A stretch of DNA of 62,894 nt, counting the filler, from Licmophora abbreviata (taxonomy: Eukaryota), in assembly GCA_900291995.1 (NCBI GenBank). It is 12 parts of 12 records of this genome, joined end to end, with 100 filler letters (N's around TTAATTAATTAA, not from the genome) between each part and the next. Parts side by side here need not be neighbours in the genome. Positions count along the whole stretch, not along the records: positions 54,713 to 59,100 come from OLMU01000104.1; positions 59,201 to 60,602 come from OLMU01000106.1; positions 60,703 to 62,894 come from OLMU01000108.1; 9 more parts are not named here. One strand, written 5' to 3'. Made by a program: the position numbers and the translations under genes. Position 1 is the first letter of the stretch; each line of letters begins with the position of its first letter. Below, in pieces: positions 56,498 through 62,894 of the stretch. Below the pieces are notes generated by a model. It did no database searches. It worked only from the letters and a program-made list of their open reading frames with translations, and had not been told where the DNA came from.

Positions 56498-58081
56498 ATG
56501 GCGAAGCTTCGAGGAAATTTGGGACGACGTACCGGCGTGACCACGACTCGGCGACGACCACTCGACGAACAAGGCGAGTCCACGAACGACGCCACTCCAA
56601 CAACGATCGAGGCACCTAATGCAAGTTCTACAATCGATGCGCTCAAGTCGAATATGAGCGCACCGTCGGAAATGATCAATGTCACCGATCAAAAAACCGC
56701 ATTGCAGACATCCATTCAACACACAGCTGAGACCGGAAAGCTCGAGGGGAAGCACCCACTGAACAATGAAACCAAACCCGCAGTTGGTTACAAGTCGGAA
56801 ATCAAGCGACCACCGATCGAAGCAGATGATATCTCGCAGATGTTTAATGCTACCGAAACCAATAGTAGCTCGTCCATATCCGAGCTGACGGAAACAACGG
56901 AATCTTTGCCGCACGAAACGGAAGACTCTGGAAAGAACTCGACACTCACGGGAGAGGGAGGCAACCCTGCAGCGCCGCCGTTTAGTCCTGGATTGCTTCC
57001 GCAGCTGCTGAACGCCACCAACACTACCAGTGCCGCTCTGGTGCCGGAGCAGATCGAAGCAATGGATTCTTCTTCGAATGGAACGGAGCCTGTCGATGGA
57101 GAGAACTCGACATCTGCGATGCTTTCGAAAGGCGGTGCCGCCGTTTTGAACATGACGTCGACGATCTCTGGCAAGCCTCCCCTGGGTACCAATATGACGA
57201 CGAGTAGCGCTCTTGACATGCAGAAACACGAGCTACCGATGGAAAATCTGACTGGAACGTCGTCTTTGCACGACTATACGAAAAATATCACATCATCACT
57301 CTCGGGGCAGTCAGCAGCGAAGAACACGACCACTATCACAAAGAGCAGTCTGAGCGATCTCAATCCGTCCAATACAACTCCCGTTGTCGTGGAGATTGTT
57401 GATATCGACACGGAACCGCCTTTGGCTGAAGATCCGGCCCCGCCCAAGGTCTCACCTGCGATTGCCACTTTGGAGCCCACGCCATCTCCGACCCCTACGC
57501 GCCCCGCGAGCACAAGCAGTCGACCAAAAGGTAGTATAGCACCCAAAACACAGTCAGACGTTACCGCGTTCACCCCAGATGAAAAGAAGCGAAAGCCAGA
57601 CGACGTGGGCACGTCGCGTGCGGAAGATAAGCTACAGAGGCCCACAATTGAGCCGAGGCCCGAAGAGGAGACGCAATTCGTCCCGTTTTCGGGTGAATCT
57701 ACCTCGCGTGGTGTAAGTTGCAGTCGATCTAACGGTCTCCTGGCGAGAGCTTCCTGTCAGACAGCGTCGGTGATTCACGGTCACCCCGTTTCCTTTTCGG
57801 CAGTCTTTGTGGTTGTTGCGCTCCTTCTCGGTCGATTGTGTCGCGGGGTATGCTGTCGAAAGAAGCAGCAAGACGAGAGAGGAGAGTATAGAACCGTGGC
57901 CGCTCAATATGGCGAACTACTCTACGACAATACGTTTGACGATAACTTTTCGTTTGCGGGAAGCACTGGAAGCATGATGTCAGATGAAGAGGACGACTGG
58001 AGCCAAGGCGTCAAGATTGAAATGAGTGGAATACGGCAGGAACGTAATGGAGGATTATCCCTCGAGGAGATGAACGGCTGA
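56498..58081 (+). CDS. Ser/Thr/Pro-rich mucin-like single-pass membrane protein
   Basis: Many N-x-S/T sequons, TM FSAVFVVVALLLG followed by CRGVCCRKK, acidic tail with Tyr motifs ending LSLEEMNG; no clear signal peptide at this ATG. Confidence 0.7.
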   Translation: MAKLRGNLGRRTGVTTTRRRPLDEQGESTNDATPTTIEAPNASSTIDALKSNMSAPSEMINVTDQKTALQTSIQHTAETGKLEGKHPLNNETKPAVGYKSEIKRPPIEADDISQMFNATETNSSSSISELTETTESLPHETEDSGKNSTLTGEGGNPAAPPFSPGLLPQLLNATNTTSAALVPEQIEAMDSSSNGTEPVDGENSTSAMLSKGGAAVLNMTSTISGKPPLGTNMTTSSALDMQKHELPMENLTGTSSLHDYTKNITSSLSGQSAAKNTTTITKSSLSDLNPSNTTPVVVEIVDIDTEPPLAEDPAPPKVSPAIATLEPTPSPTPTRPASTSSRPKGSIAPKTQSDVTAFTPDEKKRKPDDVGTSRAEDKLQRPTIEPRPEEETQFVPFSGESTSRGVSCSRSNGLLARASCQTASVIHGHPVSFSAVFVVVALLLGRLCRGVCCRKKQQDERGEYRTVAAQYGELLYDNTFDDNFSFAGSTGSMMSDEEDDWSQGVKIEMSGIRQERNGGLSLEEMNG

Positions 58082-58209
58082 GCAGAGACAAGAATGACAA
58101 TCGATAAATCGATGTTTGTAGTGACCCTCTAAAGTATACTTATAAATCTTCTCCAAGGTATGAAGAAGCAACGGAAGAGCTAAGAAAGGGACTACGAGTG
58201 CAGTTCCGA

Positions 58210-58617
58210 TTAGAAATCGCTTTCACGTCTCTTCCCATCTGTTACGACGCTCTGCCGCAGCTCTTGCTTGGTACACCTTTCGAACTCCTTTGCTCGCGTG
58301 ACATCCACCTCGCCTGGCTCTAACGGATTCGCTGCATAGATCTGTTCATGACATGCAGGCGACATACACCGGGTTACACACATGGCGCTCTCTTCGGGTA
58401 TCAGTGCAAAGCAAGTGTCTCCTTCGCATGCCGTCCGGAGCGAGGTATAGTGGCGTTGGTCGCCTCGACGGCGACGCTTCGTAGTTTCAAACGATGTCGC
58501 AGTCTGAACGAGCTTCGGAAGCAACAATAGGATGACGATGACCAGCAGAATCTTGACGGCCAAGAGGAGATACGACTGTGTCTGGGAGGACGGGGACTTT
58601 ACGCTCGGTTTGGCCAT
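58210..58617 (-). CDS. Small Cys-rich membrane-anchored protein (DUF4787-like)
   Basis: TM segment, then C..C..CVTRCMSPACHEQIYAANPLEPGEVD..FERC. Confidence 0.75.
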   Translation of the reverse strand: MAKPSVKSPSSQTQSYLLLAVKILLVIVILLLLPKLVQTATSFETTKRRRRGDQRHYTSLRTACEGDTCFALIPEESAMCVTRCMSPACHEQIYAANPLEPGEVDVTRAKEFERCTKQELRQSVVTDGKRRESDF

Positions 58618-58941
58618 TCTTCGCGATGTATACTCCAGAAGATCCTTTACAGTAAATGTGACCGACTTCGAGGATAGGTAGAGGCAGACGTGCCGACGAT
58701 ATAAAGCGATGCGTCGATGACAATGCGATGAGAACTGTGTTGTCAGCCTTTTTTGGTGTCCATCTTGTGCCCGCAGTTTCAAAGCGGTCTATTCTGACGT
58801 AGCCGGTAGTATGTATACGAGTAGGAACTCCGCGCACCTCCCCCAAGCTTACAAAATTGGCGGCCACCGCGGAATCAGAGTCAAAAGAGTCGAGTTCGCC
58901 GAGCAATTGCGATAGTGTTTGTTTGTGTGTGTGTGTGAACC

Positions 58942-59100
58942 ATGGTGGACGTGTCGCAGTACAAAGTTGGGGTGGTCTTGAGCCTTTCGAGTTGTGGCAG
59001 CTGTAAAACGAAAGGCGGCAAAGCGCTAAAAGCATGCACGGTCGACGTGGGTCTCGAAGAGCCAGTGACTGTTGTAACATCGGCCAGCAATATCCGAGAA
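58942..59100 (+). CDS. tRNA-binding OB-fold protein, 3' end lost in the gap
   Basis: YKVGVVLS..LKACTVDVG..VTVVTSASNIRE resembles the PheT/Trbp111-type OB-fold start. Confidence 0.65.
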
Positions 59101-59200
59101 NNNNNNNNNNNNNNNNNNNNNNNNNNNNNNNNNNNNNNNNNNNNTTAATTAATTAANNNNNNNNNNNNNNNNNNNNNNNNNNNNNNNNNNNNNNNNNNNN
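59101..59200. other. Artificial scaffold spacer
   Basis: 44 N + TTAATTAATTAA + 44 N. Confidence 0.98.
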
Positions 59201-60602
59201 CATACTTAAAGGGCCCCTTCATGTGATTCGTTGAGAGAATGAGTTTTCCGTTCTCTTTTAGGACAAGAATCGACGGCTCACTGTCGCCCGGAAGATATAC
59301 GATCTTCATGTCGCGCCATCGCTTTTCGCCATTGACGACAGGTTCCCACGTCGCCCCGTAGTTCTGGGAATAGTACAAGCGAAAGACGTCGCCCTTCACC
59401 ACAGTTTGAACATTTCCATCTTTATGAAGGAGGCAAACCATTGTCCCATCGTTCGAGAAATCAGGAGACAACTCCATCTTCACCACATCGAACCCATCGG
59501 CATCCCAGACAGACTCGAAAGTATTCCCACCATCGGTGGACACTGACACGCGGTCACCCTCGTAGCCGTACATGTAGATTCTGTTCTCACTTGCGCCATC
59601 GTAGTTTTGCGGAAACGCGATGCCTCCACCGACCATGGGTTTTGGAAGATCGAATCCTTCCACAGCAGGATTCGACAACTCAGTTCCCTCAATTCGGATC
59701 AGCTCGCGTTTGTTCTTGGTAAGTCGGAAGGCAAGACGGTCCACGTCGTAGTTTGGTGAAAGGTACAAGCCATTGTAGTATTCGTCTTCCCACAAGACGG
59801 CAGGGTCTGGTCGGTGGTCCTGTATCTCGAGACTGGTCGATGTGGGGGTTGAGGTACATTGGAAAGCAACCGTGGCCGTAAGTGCATACCGCGAGATGGA
59901 ATTGTCCCGCTGAAGCTCCACGGGAAAGACTTAGACTCGTGATATGCGTGCTGATCGTTGGTTGATAACTCCACGAGCTCCCACCATTCTCTGTCGCATG
60001 AATGCCATAGAAGCTTCCAACGATTCCATTTTCCACATGCGTGTAATCTTGGAACTTTCCCTCTGATCCCCATCTTTGACCCTCAGTTCACCGACCAAGC
60101 CCTCGTCCAGAGATCCGCGGTCCTTCCAAGTTGTTCCAAAATCATCTGTGAAGAATATCGCATAGGAGTTTTGCCGCACAACATACAGAGTGCCGTCATG
60201 ATAGTCCATATCAGTTGGAGGAGAGAGCTCACCGACTCTTTTCTTCTGCGCTGACTTGACGGCAGGGAGATTTACGCTAACGCATTTGTTGGAAGCACTC
60301 ATGCGGCAGATTCTGTTGTTAGTCATTACGAAGACTTCTCCTTCCTTTGCAACAATGCCAATTATGTTTTTCATTGCTTTGATCATTACCCACGAGCTGC
60401 CGCCGTCGGTCGAGAGCATTAGACCGTTGTTTCCTCCAGCGTATACGGTGTCACTCGAATCCACTGCTGCCAGTGCAGGGCAGGCGCCAAGGTAGGCGTC
60501 GATCGTGGAAAAACGGCCATCTGCTTTCTCCTTGTACAGCTTCCCATTCTTTCCGGCGATGAGGGCGCGCCCATCGCTAATAAAGGTCATTCGGCGCATC
60601 AG
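59201..60602 (-). CDS. BNR/Asp-box repeat beta-propeller protein; internal fragment with two apparent frameshifts
   Basis: Asp boxes STDGGSSW, TDDFGTTW, TENGGSSW, STDGGNTF, SQNYGATW spread over three successive frames; no start or stop inside this contig. Confidence 0.75.
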
Positions 60603-60702
60603 NNNNNNNNNNNNNNNNNNNNNNNNNNNNNNNNNNNNNNNNNNNNTTAATTAATTAANNNNNNNNNNNNNNNNNNNNNNNNNNNNNNNNNNNNNNNNNN
60701 NN
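60603..60702. other. Artificial scaffold spacer
   Basis: 44 N + TTAATTAATTAA + 44 N. Confidence 0.98.
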
Positions 60703-62291
60703 AGCTGGCCTGCAAATTAAGGGGAGTCGCATTTGATCGGGGACGCTTGGAGCGATGGTGTGTCAACTCAGAAGCCTTTGCTGACGTCGACTCGTCGACA
60801 CCTGAGCTTGCTCTGGACCACTGCCGCTTATGGCCAGGTTGTGTCTTTTTCAACTCCTTCAATCGCTTTTCCGTCAATACTGGCTCTCTTCCGATCGACT
60901 TTGGTATGGGAGCCCACGACCTCTTGTTCGAAGCTGGTGTCAGTACTGTATTTCCAAGCGATGAAATCCTAGGCTTTTCCTCTACAGCGCAAGCCTTCAT
61001 GTCGGACCAAAAAAGACGGTTGTGCCACTGGCAGCGAGCATGTCACTGCCGCGTCAACTCGCAATGCCATCATGTAGGACGGACCACCGTGCTTGTCTAG
61101 ATTGCGCTGTGTCTCATTTGCATACGTCCAATGACGGTATCCAACAACTTCCGACTGCGCCACAGGCTGTCCGGATGCCACACGAGGTCTCGAAGAATCC
61201 ATAATGCCGTAGCTGGATACAGCGCCAACTTTGACAAAGCCGAAGCGCTCGTAGAACGTCTTGGACGCATCCGTCGCCTGCAAAACCACGTACTTGTATC
61301 CCTGCTGCGCAATATCGTCTAGTGCCATGCGCAATAAGTACTCTCCACAACCAAGGCCTCCGAGTAGTCCAATCTCCGCAATCGTCGGAAAGACAATGCC
61401 GCCAGCCATGGGATCTCCCGATCGAAGTTGTGACTCGAGCTCCGCAGACAGAGAGCCATCATGATCGACTCGTCGCCCATTCGCCATCTCCTGCTCCACA
61501 TTCACTCCACTCTGCTCGTGCAACGTATCCCACTGGAAGTAGTGCGTCCAAGTCGTGAAAGTAGTGAACAAGACGAACCCCTGCAACCATCCGCCTTCTT
61601 TGTGCCGAATCTGATAACCATTCTGTGGATCGTCAATGTCAACGCGATCACGAATGTACGCATGGGATAGCGGAGGAAAGAACAGCTTGGCTGCCTGCGA
61701 AGCGACATGGCGGCGGAGTGCTGCTGAGGTGCAGACAGCTGTCATTTCCGAGAGACAGTCTTCCCAGTCGGCACGCTTCTGCGGAATCCACACGATGCTG
61801 GTATTGTCCACAAAGGGAGACGAGTCACGCTGCACACATGCGCCACACTGAGGCTTCTTCGATGATTCAGTCACACCATCGTCTCCTGCATCGACACTTC
61901 CACGACAGCGACGCTTTGGTAACACACGGCGAGACAAAGAAGATTCCGAATCTGACCGAGATGCTCTAGCGACATGTTGACGATGGTACTCGAGAAAGTC
62001 TTTATTCCGCTCGACGGCTGGTACAATGTTCATGTCGTATCGAGCACGACTCTTTTCCTTCGGTTTCTCTCGTGGAGTCCGGTCCCGCAAGGAGGAGCGC
62101 TTCTTCGAAGGGTTGTTCGTCGGACCCACGATTGACACGGAAGACGCTGGACCATGCTTTTGGTTGGGAACGTGAGAACCAGTCAACTTGTTGTTTGGTG
62201 TCGTCTGACCTCGATTGACTAGGCGTGTACAGTTTTCATCCGGTGAAGGAGGTCGGGAAGTCTGAGAAAGAGCAGAACGCGGTGGACTCAT
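60703..62291 (-). CDS. GNAT-fold acetyltransferase-like protein; 3' end lost in the gap; one apparent frameshift
   Basis: IAEIGLLGGLGCGEYLL..YKYVVLQAT..SKTFYERFGFVKVG (acetyl-CoA motifs A and B); start uncertain (62291, or upstream ATGs in frame); frame continues as MKACAVEEKPRI after ~61007. Confidence 0.75.
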
Positions 62292-62894
62292 GGCAGTGCG
62301 GGATTCCCTCGTAGATTTCACTACTTGCACAAAGGAATGCACGGAAGCCAACAGGTAATTGACCCCGTATGTCACGTTTCGCATGGGCGTAGCCGCCACA
62401 GAAGCTCTCGACTGGTCCATCCTACTTCCTAGCGACGGGGCACTGTTGAGAGAGGCGTTCAAGGCGTACATTCCACAGTTCTGTGATCGTTCGACAAGCT
62501 CATTGCCACGCCATTGTTCGTCCTTTTCGGTGTGAGATCTTTTTGTTTCTCTGGCGATACGTAGAACTCAGTAGATATTCTACGAGGATGCAGAAGGAAT
62601 TTCCCCTACCAATCAGAACTCTTCGTCTGATGCTCTTTGTCAATTTTGTATTCAGTAGTGCTGTTGTATAAATGAATGTATCATAGCTAAATCGATCGCA
62701 CATGACCGACTGGCGCGAGAGTCTCACACTTCCCTGTCTGGCGTACGTCACGGCTGATCTGGCGCGCCATCGCTTCTCATGATGCACGACAGCCGCACAA
62801 AAATTTCGAACCCAAGACGAAACAAATCTTCGAGCTTCGGTTCCCCTCTCACTGTTTTCCCGCCAACGCAGCACTTCAAGCTGTCATACCACTA

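Noticed and set aside
56231..57229. 332-aa minus-strand ORF
   Set aside because: Antisense shadow of the mucin-like gene; Arg-rich composition and no motifs.

Overview
Gene-dense eukaryotic nuclear DNA, most consistent with a diatom (inference from ~50% GC, short GT-AG introns, very short intergenic regions and several bipartite signal+plastid transit presequences). The window is a scaffold of 12 contigs joined by 11 identical artificial 100-nt spacers (44 N + TTAATTAATTAA + 44 N); several genes run across these spacers. About 34 protein-coding genes are supportable, including an NPL-like FKBP, NASP, UVRAG, RNF10, an ABCB half-transporter, a TLC/NTT-like transporter, a GalM-NTMT1 fusion ORF, HMGB, EAF6, a histidine phosphatase, CCR4, a CvfB-like protein, a MUS81-like nuclease, a mitochondrial carrier, an LtrA-like protein, a PX-AGC kinase, RecQ, ValRS, adrenodoxin reductase, a BNR-repeat protein and a GNAT protein. 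I saw no tRNA, rRNA, CRISPR array or transposon. The strongest leads are (1) an uninterrupted aldose 1-epimerase / alpha-N-methyltransferase fusion ORF, (2) a MUS81-like nuclease with R3H-like, UIM and SIM-SQ modules and a possible fused EME1-like C-terminus, (3) an FKBP with tandem nucleoplasmin-like domains, and (4) two micro-exons (9 nt and 18 nt) that restore conserved motifs and are invisible to the ORF track. Several single-base frameshifts at short base runs are most likely sequencing errors. All family assignments come from motif recognition by eye, not from database searches.
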